Shown here one piece after another: positions 12,165 to 24,800 of a DNA stretch of 64,000 nt. Source of the DNA: Amoebophrya sp. A120. Its lineage: Eukaryota > Protista > Dinoflagellata. Where the stretch lies: contig CAJINV010000023.1 in NCBI GenBank assembly GCA_905178155.1, positions 212,722-276,721 on the forward strand, read 5' to 3'. The notes below the pieces were generated by a model. The model did not search any database. It was not told where the DNA came from and was given only the letters and a program-made list of their open reading frames with translations. Position 1 is the first letter of the stretch, and each line of letters starts with the position of its first letter. The translations under genes and the position numbers were made by a program.

Positions 12165-15100
12165 TAGCACGACAAGATCAAGATGGACCGCAAAACCAGG
12201 CACTCTTCGCTGTTGACGTTGCATCTCGAGCGGCAGCACGCGGATATCTGCCGCGAGGTCGAAGAGTACCCCTTCTTCACCACACGGCGATACGACCATG
12301 GGAGTAGGGCGATCGCGTCCGTGCGCTGCGTCTGCCAGGAGTGTCGCCAGTTTGTCTCGCGTCGTCAGGCCAGGGGAGCGAGGGCAAGAGCGGCGTCCGG
12401 GTCTTCTTCCGTTTCAATTCCAGACTCGATTGATGGTGATGATGTTGATGTAGGGTGCGAGTCAGATGAGGACTTCGTGCTTGAGGTTGGTGCTCGGGGT
12501 GAGCCCAGCCCGGTAGCTAGACTTGTCGTGCAAACTTTGAAATATTAGCGCAACTTTATCTTGATTCGTGTAACGGCACTCGCGTCTTGACCCTGGGGAG
12601 GTGAGGATGCTTCTACACAGGATACAAGTTCCAGCTGTGCAGCAAGGCCTTTCGGAGGAATCCAAAGCCGTTCTATCTAGCGCAAGTCATCTGCGCGACT
12701 GTTGGTATTCAGTATGATCAAATATCTCCTGTTTACTTGGTCACTTTTGAAGGCTGCATTGGTATCTGTCGCGCCTGAAAATCGAAAAGGAAAAGATGAC
12801 TGTGCTGAAAAACATCAAGGATGCCTTCGAGGTCCAGGAAGCAGCGGGAGCAAAGACGAGTATTCAGGTTCGCGTGCCGAGTGAACTGCACACCCTGCCG
12901 CCGTCCGACTTTCAGACCAAGCGGTTCTGCGTGCTCGGCGGCGGCAAGACGGGAATGGACGCGGTGGTCTGGCTTCAGCGCGAGAAGGGGGTGAAACCTG
13001 AGCAAATTTCCTGGGTGGTTGGGAAGGAGACCTGGATGCTGAACCGGGAAAACCTGGCATCCCCTGGCGTGCTGGCGGACACGGTTTTGGATGCGATGTC
13101 GAAATCTGGCGTGGCGGAGACCGGCTACCTCGAAACCGCATTTGACGAACTCGCCAGAAAAAATGAAATCCGCATGGTCGACCCGACGCATCGGCCTACT
13201 GAGTTCAGGTTCCCCATTACCGACTCCGAGGAGCTGACTTATCTCAGAAAACCGAGAATAACCAAGTACCGACAGGGCTACGTGGCAAAACTGGAGCTGT
13301 TCATCAATCAAGCATCGACGGAGGACGATGGAGGAGATGAAGGTCGTCTGCGTCTCTTCGAGGAAGGACGATAGCATCTTTCTTTGAACGTGAGCCCAGA
13401 TGAAGAAGTTGCGCGACTAATAGAAGATAGATTCCCTGTTACAATTACTACCAGACTAGATACAAATTGACATCTTTTTACCAGCTAGATACAAGCTGAT
13501 GCCAAAAGAGAGGAACAACATGAGAAATCCTTAAGCCTGATGCTCTTGCACGCTTAAGATGTACGATATAACTCACTGATCCTCTGCAGGAAGATGCTGA
13601 CGAAGGAGCAAGTTGCAGGCGCAGTTGTACTAGTAACATAACCATGAGTCGCACGATATAGAGGAGCACTCTCAGAATAAAAGCAGTCCTACAGAAATCT
13701 TGAAGCTGCGGGCAGTCGTTCTCCTCGTAAAACAGTCTTGGCGGTGCATTTCTTGCCATCGTAGAACAATCCTCTCGGCGGCGGTCGAGGAGGACGCAGT
13801 TGCGGTCGAGTCGAGGAGGAGTTATTTTTTTGTAGCTGCAGTAACACATTGTGAATTGTAGGTACTCTAAATCAAACACTGTAACAAACACCACTGTCGT
13901 GGTCGAGTGCAGTGCCGCACGACGTGCCATTATGGTGGCCCCGAACCATGTTGAGCTGCTCCTGTATCCATGAGTTGTTCTTTCCCGATGTTGTTGTTGT
14001 TCCCTGTCGTGATCCTCTGTCTACTCAGCGAGTGGCAGATTTATATAGAAGTGTGTCTGAAAAGGAAGCGGAGGTCAAAACTGAGAGCAATATGGTAAAA
14101 AGATGGAACAACACTCACAACTGTCAGCCACATACTCATCTGTAGCACGACAAGATCAAGATGGACCGCAAAACCAGGCACTCCACCTGGTATGAGGAAA
14201 ACGCGTCCCGTTGGACCGCAAAACCAGTATTTTGTATGAGGAAAACGCGTCCCGTCCTCCACCTGGGACGTCTAAGATGTACTAAAGCAAAAATTGTCCA
14301 CGCCCTACATTTAGGTTTTGTAAAAAGCAGTCGAGAGGCGTCTTTTTAGAGTTGTACTTAAGCTGAGTAACAGCATCAAGTGCTCCTAGTTGGTTACAGC
14401 AACACTCGCTCGTATTTCCCTTGACTTCAGCCGCACAATAGGCGCAGACCACGTTGATGCATCTAGTTTGAATAAATGCAGTTTATACAACCCCATCTTT
14501 CTCTCCTCCACCCCTCCCAATCCTCCCGTCGCCGCTCCGCCTACTCCGTACTACAGGAGCGCGGTATGTATTGTCGTGCAAACGAAGAACTTATTTGCCA
14601 AATGTATCCGGGGACTATTCTTTTCAGCATCATCAGAAGCATCTGGTTTTGTCACGAGCGGACACGTGGAAAAGTGGAGATACGCGGCGCCCGAACCGTC
14701 AGCATCGTGAACAGTCATGTCGGTAGCGCAGTCTGGATTTGGGGGAAGGTTGGTAAGCCCCAGCTTCCACTTCGTGGCAGCATTCGCAGATATGGGAAGC
14801 GTTGCTGCCTCTTGTGCCTCGTTGTATAGCAAGGCAACAAACTTGTTCAGGTTAGCCGCTGCACTGCTGAAGTAGCAGTTTGAAATTTATAAGTAAATGC
14901 AATTCACACCAGTACGATACTTTTGCAATTTATAACCCGTCGGCGCCGTCGCGGACGAAGGAACGAAGAGAGACGAGGACGAAGTGGCAATCTAGCACTA
15001 TCTGTTCTTCAGCGTGTGCCATAAATTTATTCGTGTACGATGACCGATTTCATCTTCTAAAAATCTTCTGTTCTCCGATACTACGGATGGCATGTTCACC

Positions 15101-15515
15101 TCCTGCACAAGTGGATTCATGTACGAATAAAAACGCGCGAGTCATATGCTATATCATCTTCATGGTGCGGTAGTCGTAGTTGCTTTTGAGCTGTGCAGCC
15201 AGGGCTCTTCTTGAGTCGGTGTCGGATCCCGCTAGACAGAGCGTACATTTCACCAGAAAACATAAGTACTCACAAAGGGAAACATCAGAATGCAGTTTCT
15301 CCTCCTGGTGCCAGGATCTCGAAGGAAATGTAGGACCACCAGCAGAACGCAACTCATCCCACGTGGATGACGAACAAGAATTTATTTATAGTAGTACCAC
15401 GATCCCAGCAACGACGCCGCGCCTCAGCATGACAAACTAAAACTTGTTCGCTGATTATACGATGGACACACGTTTAGCACGACAAGATCAAGATGGACCG
15501 CAAAACCAGGCACTC
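12165..15515 (+). repeat. Three identical dispersed 41-bp repeats
   Basis: tagcacgacaagatcaagatggaccgcaaaaccaggcactc at 12165-12205, 14143-14183 and 15475-15515. Confidence 0.9.
12796..13374 (+). pseudogene. Internal fragment of an NAD(P)/FAD-dependent oxidoreductase
   Basis: Rossmann-type motif RFCVLGGGKTGMDAVVWL followed by ISWVVGKETWMLNR. The ATG lies in a copied intron segment of the P-protein gene, and no upstream FAD-binding part is visible. Confidence 0.6.
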
Positions 15516-15879
15516 AAGCTCGTTTTCTCTTGATTTTATGGTCTAGTCGTGCCATTGATTTGCGCTTCTGACTGCAACACAGCTTTCGCTGTCTGCAGGA
15601 TTGTAGTTTTTGTGCTTAGTAGTGTGCTGGTCGTGCTGCACGACAAGGCAGAAATAAAAGAAGGAGCAGGCTAAGCAGGGGCATTGATATTGAAGAAGAA
15701 GATTCGAAATCTACTCTACGGGAGGCGACCTGCGAACTGCTAAGACTGCTCTGCCGCACCTCCAAAGCGGGCGCAGCTTCGTTTCGTCTAGGCGAGCGCG
15801 GGGACAGAAAACGAATTCCTCCGCGTCTTGCAGAAAACAACCTCCATACGAACAACAAGCCCCTCGTCATTGAATCACC

Positions 15880-18800
15880 ATGGCCGCTCCTGCTCCAGAA
15901 AATGTGGAGCACCGGCAGCACTACACGCCGCGACAGCCCGGCAAGCCGCAACCCCTGCCCCAGACCCCCGGATCAGCTCGAAGCAACCGTGGAATTCTGA
16001 ATACCAACAGGATGATGCAGCTCGATCTCCCAGAGCAGGCTCTCCTAATGCTGGAGGAAATTGCCATAGAGCGGGACGAAGTCGAGCGACAGGCAGCAGG
16101 AGGTGCTCAACTACAAATAACTGGCGCGACGGCATCCTATAGTACTGGCGCCAACAAGATGGTAACTACATCTGCTGCCCCGACGAGCTCCTCCTCGCAC
16201 CTCGAATGGTTTGAGTCTCTCCTGAAGGAGTACCACGCCCGCTTGCACACCAAAGAGGGCAAGACCTTCACCAAGGTGACCGCACGGCTGAAGCATATCA
16301 AATGTAAAAATGTCTGGGTCTGGAAACTTGTGATGCCGTGTGGCGTATCATGAGGAGGCGACAATTGCTGGCTCAGCATGACAAGTTTCTGAGCTTCTAG
16401 GTGTTGCCTATTCTGCATGACAAACTACGTTTCTGCATGACAGAAAAGTGGGGCTCTTTGGTAATGTGCATGACAGATCTAAGAGTCATGCCAAACAAGC
16501 ATGACAAACTTGCATTCTTCCAGGCCCAGACATTCTTACATTTGATAAAGCAGTGGGAGAGACAGAAGTCGCTGGCCAGGCTGACCGGGGCGATCCGCAC
16601 GTATGAACTGCAAAAGTATCGTACTCGTATGAATGCATTACAAATTTCCTCAGCATGAGAAATAAGATCTGTAATGCGGATTTCCCTATAGGGAAAAGAT
16701 TTGTAATGCATGATTACAGTACAAGTGCGATAGTTTTGCACAGGATAGCACGGCCGGCGGTGCGACGTCGCGAACGCCCAGGAGTGGACGGCACAGCGTG
16801 AAGTCACAATCGAGCTTTTTCGCCTCGTCAGACAACGATGAAGATGCGCTTACCGAGGGAGCGGCTACCCCCGGGTCTGGCTATGACGAAGCAGGGGGAG
16901 AGGGAAAGCAGAAATACGCCGAAGCAATCCGCACTGAAAGTAAGAACAGCACCAAGCGCGAAGTCGAGCAGCTGCGCAAGGAGATTTCCTTATGGATGTG
17001 TCAGGATCGAAATCGACAAAATCGAAAAACTTGTGATGCATAAAATGTAGGGCACTGAAGGCCTGTATTGGGGAGCAGGCAAATGAGGGCGATTGTAAGC
17101 CTGTTTAGAGGTATACAATGTGCTGCCAGAGTAGCATGACAGAAGGAGTCTTCTTTGCCCGAACAGCATGACAGACTGGATTTGGGTGCTCCCAAAATTT
17201 GTCATGCGCCACTTGGAAACTGAGGCTCCAACTGACATCAATTTTTTGCATCACAAATTTTTCGATTTTGTCAATTTCGATTCTGACACTTCCACATTCC
17301 TTCGCTCTCTTTACACGTGGAGGTGTAGCCACTCCCATATCAAGTGCAAAAATGTCTGGGTCTGGAATAAAGTTGGAACTTGTAATGCTGGCCTTACATT
17401 CTTGTGAAATCTGTATTGCATGACCAACAAAACAAGCGGCAGCCTCTCTTGTCATACAAGAACGCAGTTTCTGATGCGGAATGCGTATGAGAAAGCGTTC
17501 TGCAAACTTGTCATGCCTTGCTGGATAAGAAAATGTTTCCATCATGCACATTTTAGCATCACAAATTTCCAGACCCAGACATTATATTTGCAATGCATAT
17601 CCCACCGCGGGTAGCAAAAACGCTGCAGGTGCTGGCGAAGCCGGAGGCGAAGTCCTCGACGGTTTGGATGGCGTCGTCCTGCACGAGGATTCAAAAGAGC
17701 TCAGCAATGCAGGAGGGACGAAAGCACAAATGGAAACGAAACCACCGCAAATGAACTTCTTCGCCCCGAAATTTACGAAGCGAGAAAAACTGACCGCGCT
17801 TGCCGCATTCCTGGTTTCCATCTTTGCAGTGGTGCTGATGTGCGTGTGGAAACCGCACCAGCCGAGCGAGGTCCTGCACACCACGCGACTATGCTCTGCA
17901 AAAGTTGCGAGTAAGTACCTGAAGAAGAAGATCGGACGGATTTTTGATGTAATTTTTATTCTCGCATCATGGCAAATCATCTCGTGGTCCCATACAACCC
18001 TTGTGTCGCTGTTTTATCCAACATTGCACTTCCGCACCCGCCGCACGTTCATCTTTCGACCATGAGATTAGTACAGTAGATCTACTTTGGCCTTGCGACA
18101 ATGATTATATTTGTCATGCAGTTATTCCACCTGACTGATGTTGGTCCTGGTGCTCCCTGCTCTCCTTTTGCGCTGCATACCGGCTGACGAAGTACAACTC
18201 TTTCATCACCAGTCCAGTCTACACCATTTCGGAGTCGCAGCCACTGGTTATGCCTTTGGAAGACCACAACAACCACGACTCCACCCACGTAGAGGTGATT
18301 GATTTGAAGATGTTTGCGGCCCAGCAGCCGCGGACCGACAGCGACTCGGTCAAGGAGAAGGTGCAATTATGAAATGCAAAAGCATCGTACTAGTATAAAT
18401 CGCATGACAAATTTCTTCAGCATGAGAAATCGCATTAGTAATGCGGATTTAACTTGAGAAAGAAATTTGTCATGCATATCTGCAATTAGTACGAGTAGTG
18501 CGATACTTTTGCAATTGATAGCAGTGGAAGATTTACAATTCCCTCAACGAGGTCGTAAAGTCTGGGAGCCTATCAAGTGTAAAAATGTCTGGGTCTGGAA
18601 GAATGCGCGACTTGTCATGCAGATTTTCCATGACCCATAAGGTGTTGAATGCAGGGCCTAGCATGACAGATTCCGCGCGATCTCTGTCATGCCTATCCTG
18701 CATGAGAAACTCCCTCCCGACTTGGTCAAAACTGGACGACTTTTGGTAATCATGCAACACAGATTTTCACATGCTTCAGATTTAGCATGACAAGTTGCGT

Positions 18801-21800
18801 TCTTCCAGACCCAGACATTTTTACGTTTGATAGAGCCTGCTGCTTTCGAAGGACGAAGAAGTGGAGTATTTCGAGACCCTCGATGTGGAAAGTCTCCATC
18901 CCGTCAAAGCCGAATTCACCCTTACGCGCGAGACGACAGCCGGCGTCGCCCTGACGGGACACACCGACTTTCTCGGGTTGAAAGTGCAACTCGTCTGCTT
19001 CACCTGGTTGGGCAAGTGGCGACTGTACTTCGCCGTGATTTTGTTCCTCGGCACCTTCGCGCTGATCATCTCAGAGGTTGTCCACCGTGTGTACGTCACC
19101 TTGGTCGCGGCCACGATCGGGTTGTTTCTGAACTCCGTGGTGCACGAACAAATTCACTTGAAAGAAACCATAGCGATGATTGACTTCGGAACCCTGCTAT
19201 CCACTGCAACAATATGTGTCTGGGTCTGAATTTGTGATGAGAGATCTGTTGAAGAACGCCAAGATCATCTGTGATGCAGGAATACGAGTGGTCAGCGTCA
19301 GTGTGTGATGTTGTGAAACTTTCCTCTACCTCCGTGTCTGTTTCATATGACTTTTCCGAATGCATCTGCAATAGGCCTCTCGGAAAATTTTTCATGCTGT
19401 TATGCAGTACAAGGACAAGCCGCTTTTACAACCTTTGCGTTGATGCGATCCGAGCTTCGGCAGCAGAAATTTCCAGACCCAGACAAATTTCCAAATCATA
19501 CCTGATGCTCCTCTTCTCCATGATGATCAATGTGAATTTCCTCGCGCAAACGGGCTTCTTTCAGTGGTTCAGCTATCCTGGTGCAAAAGTATCGTACTCG
19601 TACTTCAATAAAATCCCAGTCATGCAAGGCAAAGCTCTTTTCGAAGCTAAATCAGCATGACAAGAATTCAGTTTGTCGAGTTCAGTTTGTCATGCTCCTG
19701 AGCCAATTTGTATTGCAGTTTTTACTACGTAGTGCGATACTTTTGGGTTGCATATCATCGTGAAAATCGTCATTTTTTCGAAATGTGACGTACGCAAGCT
19801 GTTTTTCCTCCTTGCCAACATCACGGGCATACTCTCCGCTTTCCTCGACAACGTTACCGTCGTCATGCTGATGGGACCGCTCACTTTATCCTGTGTAGAA
19901 ACGACCTCGTGGTCTCCCTGTACTAGGTAGCAGATTTGGCATGATTACTTATGGCGATTCGCTACCATATTACCAAGACCAATTATGATGCGTCTCCTTA
20001 ACATTTTTCATTTTGAGTGGCATTTCCCCGCTCCGCGGAGCCAGACTTGTCGTGCAAACTTTGAAATATTAGCGCAACTCTATCTTGATTCGTGTAACGG
20101 CAGTCGCGTCTTGACCCTGGGGAGGTGAGGATGCTTCTACACAGGATACAAGTTCCAGCTGTGCAAAGCCTTTCGGAGGAATCCAAAGCCGTTCTATCTA
20201 GCGCAAGTCATCTGCGCGACTGTTGGTATTCAGTATGATCAAATATCTCCTGTTTACTTGGTCACTTTTGAAGGCTGCATTGGTATCTGTCGCGCCTGAA
20301 AATCGAAAAGGAAAAGATGACTGTGCTGGAAAACTAAGTAATCCTATTCCTAAAAGTCCGCAACTACACGACTGCAGGTGGCACCTCGACCCTGATAGGC
20401 GATCCCCCCAATATCGTTATCGGCTACAAGCTGAAGATATCAAATGCAAAAATGTCTGGGTCTGGAAGAGTACAAACTTGTGATGCGCATTTCAAGACAC
20501 AGAAAGATCTCTCTCTCATGCATAGTTAGCAAAAGCTGTCCAGTTTCTGCCACCAAGATGGGGCGACATTTGTCATGCGGATTCGGCATTGCGAAAGTTT
20601 CTCGAAACCCGTGATGCTAGAGCTCCCATGCCAGACCTTCTGTGTCATGCAAAAACAGCATGACTCTTCCAGACCCAGACATTTTTACATTTGATAGAAG
20701 GTTGGCTTCGTCGATTTCCTGATCTACAACGCCCCCCTGATCGTCGTTTTGCTTCCCCTGTCTAGTTATGAACTGCAAAAGTATCGTAATAGTAGTAATT
20801 GCAATACAAATTAGCTCAGCATGACAAATGGAATTTGTCATGCTGTTTTGCCTTGGGATGAAGATTTGTAATGCATGACTCCTGCGATTACTTACTACGA
20901 GTACGGTACTTTTGCACAGGATACTAGTTACCTGCTGTACCGCCAGTTCCGGGAGGAGATTCTTGCCGGAGATATTCCGAGTAAAAACATCCCCATCCCA
21001 GAGTTGTCATGCAAATTTGCATGCCAAAAAAGTTTCTCATGCGAAGCCCCATGAGAAGCTTTTTCTAGTCGTGTTTTGGGATTTGTGATGCTAGAAATAG
21101 CATGATATGCTAGATCTGTGATGCTGCTGAACTAGCTAAACAGGACTCCACTACGAGGACAAACTTGTCATGCGAGACAACCAAAGTTGGCCGATTTGTC
21201 TAGCAGATTTTCCACGTTGACTCTGGTATGGGGACGTTTTTACTCAGGATAGGAGAGCCGGATGACGAGGTAGAGGATCAGGATGATCTACGAAGAATAA
21301 ATTTGCAAGAACAGGATGAAAACCAAGCGAAGCCTCCGCAGCTTCAGCCAGATGGTGCCATGGCTCCTGCAAAACAAGCCGATGCGATCGTGGTGACCAC
21401 TGCAACGGAGGATGAGAAAGGCCATATGAAGATGAGCGTGCGCAACTTCCTATACCCCTATTTCCTCAGTCTTCATGTCCAAGTCCAGTGTAAGTGACCC
21501 TTGAGCAGCAACGGAAGCACTTGTAAGAACACTACGAACACCAGCTAGTAAGTATGTAGCCTGTGCATAACGTGACTACATGCGGTGACTGCAGTACGGT
21601 CTGCAAAAGATCGCGCAGGATAAAGTCACGATTTGCCTTTTTTTGCATGACGAATGAGAGGCACGAACAGGGGGTGGATTTTTGCGCCGTGATATGCCAA
21701 GAACCCCTGCAACTTCCAATAACGCAAAGAGATCACGCAACATCATCAAACATCGCCGACGCGGCCGACTCCAGAACCTCTCAGGAGGCTGTTGGGCAGC

Positions 21801-24800
21801 GAAGCACCCGGAGCAACGCGAGCTATTCGTCATCCGCTTCCTCGAACGGGGTGGTGTTTGTCGACTTGGAAAAACTCAAGCGCGACAACCGGATCACCGA
21901 TCACTACATGCTCCTCAAAGTCACTGCGGTGTTTGCGGGCATTTTCCTGGCCCTCTGCCTTTCTATCAAATGCAAACATGTCTGGGTCTGGAAGAATGCA
22001 AGGTTTGTCATGCTTGTCTGGCATGACTGAACAGTTTGTGATGGTGCGTGTCCAAGAAGAGACACTCGTGCGTGTCATGCAACAACGCAGTTTGTCATGC
22101 GGAAAGCGCGACACTAAGCAGCGCAGATATTTCTCATGCTTGGCTGTGCATTACAGAGTCTGCGCTATTCCCCACCCAGCATTACAAGTTTCCAGACCCC
22201 ATTTTGCAATGCATACTTTCCCCGGTGCACCAACAAGAGGCAGCGTGGTTCACGTTCTTGGGAATGCTGCTGCTGTGTTATCAAAAGGAAAAATCCCCCC
22301 CCCTACCGAAAACGAAACTTGTGTTGCTGTATTTGAGCTACACAAATTGACTTGTATTGCTAGAACGCCAAGAGACGCAGTTGTTCCCTCTTTTGCAGGC
22401 AATTTGTCATGCTGTCTGCTTTTCCAGTTGCCTCCTGTCATTCTGAAGACGCAAGGCTTTCCTACGCCACTCAGCACTACAGTCCGCTTCTTTTGCCTTC
22501 TAGCATGACAAAATGATTTGTGGTCTCAAATCATGCTACACAAATCGCCGTCTCAGTATGGGGAGAGGGGATTTTTCATTTTGATATGTGTTTTCTCCTC
22601 ACCAGTCACGAAATCCACCACGTTTTGGAGTCCGTGGAGTATCCTGAGTAAAAACGTACCCACGCCAGAGTTGTAATGCAGATACAGATTCGCAAAGACA
22701 GGAAGACTTGTAAAAATGCGCATCCCCATGATAGCCATTTCCAATTGTGTTTTGGAATTTGTGATGCTGTGAACAGGATGAGCAGCTGGATTTGTGACGC
22801 GGCTGCACTTGCTAGCCTGCACTACACTGCAGTGCGTTCAACTTGTCATGTGTGACTCACAAAACTCCTAGGTTTGTGTTGCAAAATCCTCATTTTGATT
22901 CTGCTGGTGTGGGTACGTTTTTACTCAGGATATGGAGTGGGACGTGCTCATGTTTTTCGCGTCCCTTTTCGTACTGGTCGAGTGTCTATGCATTGCAAAA
23001 GTGAAGTCGCACTGTGCGTCGATTGCAATTACAATTTTTTATTTCAAGAAGAAATTCGACGTAAGTTCCCACGCCAAATTGATCAGGTAGGAGGGTTACG
23101 TTATGAAACTTGTCATGCCCATAAATTGCAATTTATTACATCTTCAAATGCGATATATGAACTTTTGCAGCGGATAGCGTCTCGCCGAGCTCGGTTTGAT
23201 TCGACTAGTTGGCGAGTGCATTTCGAACGTGATCTCGTCCATCGATGACGAAAGCGCCCGACTTCCGGTGGCGATGCTGCTCATCCTCTGGGTGAGCTCG
23301 ATGGGCAGCGCGTTTTTGGAATCCCTGCCGTACACGACGACGATGTGCTACCTGCTGCTCGCGCTGAAGACGGAGGAGGACACAACGAATAAACTGGGCT
23401 TCGAGGTTATGCAATACAAATAATTTTCCGTACATGTACAAGCGGCATCACAAATTTCACCAGTTTGGAGTGCTGTAAGTAACACGACGATAATTAGCCA
23501 AGTCGCGTTTTTTGCGACTTGGCTAATTCGAATTTCCGGGCTGTTTGGCTACTCGGGCCTGTCCATAGACAGCTTCTGGGCTCTCGAATTAGCCAAGTCC
23601 GGGAGATACTTAGCCAAGTCGCGTTCTTTGCGACTTGGCTAATTCAAATTCCCGGGCTGTTTGGCTTCTCGGACCTGTCCATAGACAGCTTCTGGGCTCT
23701 CGAATTAGCCAAGTCTGGGAGATAATTAGCCAAGTCACGTTTTTTGCGACTTGGCTAATTCGCATTCCCAGGCTGTTTGGCTTCTCTGACCTGTCCATAG
23801 ACAGCTTCTGGGCTCTCGAATTAGCCAAGTCCGGGGGATAATTAGCCAAGTCGCGTTTTTTGCGACTTGGCTAATTCGCATTCCTGGGCTGTTTGGCTAC
23901 TGGGACCTGTCCATAGACAGCTTCTGGGCTCTCGAATTAGCCAAGTCCGGGAGATAATTAGCCAAGTCGCGTTTTTTGCGACTTGGCTAATTCGAGTTCC
24001 CGGGCTGTTTGGCTACTCGGACCTGTCCATAGACAGTTTCTGGGCTCTCGAATTAGCCAAGTCCGGGAGAATGTCATGCTAAACTAGGATCGAGCCCCAG
24101 TTTTGTCATGCAGAGATGGCATTTGTACGTCGTGTACGGGAAATTTACTGTGGATAGTGGTCGAAAACTTGTCCTACGCGCTCTCGGTTGGCGCTTGCAT
24201 CGGGGGGATCGGGAGCATCATGGGATCTAGCGTTATGCTGTGTGGAAAACCACTCAATTTGCAGCTTTTTTATCTTTGCTAGTACTAGATCGGCGTCGGC
24301 GTACTCGAGGGCAAAAAAACTTTGTCTTCATCATCATCAAGAATCTCGAACGCAATTTCTCACACTGAAATGACTCAGTCCCACATAGAGAGCCTCTGCT
24401 TCCAGGATCTGACTTGAGCATGTTCGTCGACGTCCTACAACGCCCACTTCTAATCTACGACTTTTGATAACCATTGCGCTTCCTTTAGAAGTTGTTTTCC
24501 GACAGCTCGTGCATACTTGCTAACCTCGTGGCGATGGGGATCTGCTCCAGGTACCTTCCTATCAAATGTAAGTAAAAATGTCTGGGTCTGAGAGAATGCA
24601 ACTTGTCATGCTAAATCTGAAGCATGCAAAAATCAGTGTTGCACGATTGCCAAAAGTCGTCCAGTTTTGACCAAGTCGGGGGGGAGTTTCTCATGCAGGA
24701 TAGGAATGAGAGAGATCGCACAGAATCTGTCATGCTAGGTCCTGCATTCCAGACCTCATGGGTCATGGAAAAGCTGCGCGACAAGTCGCGCATTCATCCA

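Noticed and set aside
12165-15515. 41-bp identical repeats as a CRISPR array
   Set aside because: Spacing is 1.3-2 kb and irregular, there are no cas genes, and the context is eukaryotic.
21441-21717. gcaacttcc 9-bp direct repeat as the boundary of intron 15
   Set aside because: Joining there shifts the frame, whereas the ggcca/tgcca boundaries preserve it.
23490-24069. Palindromic repeats as CRISPR, or ORFs 23519, 23635 and 23867 as genes
   Set aside because: The whole 116-bp units repeat with no unique spacers, and the ORFs are by-products of the repeat.
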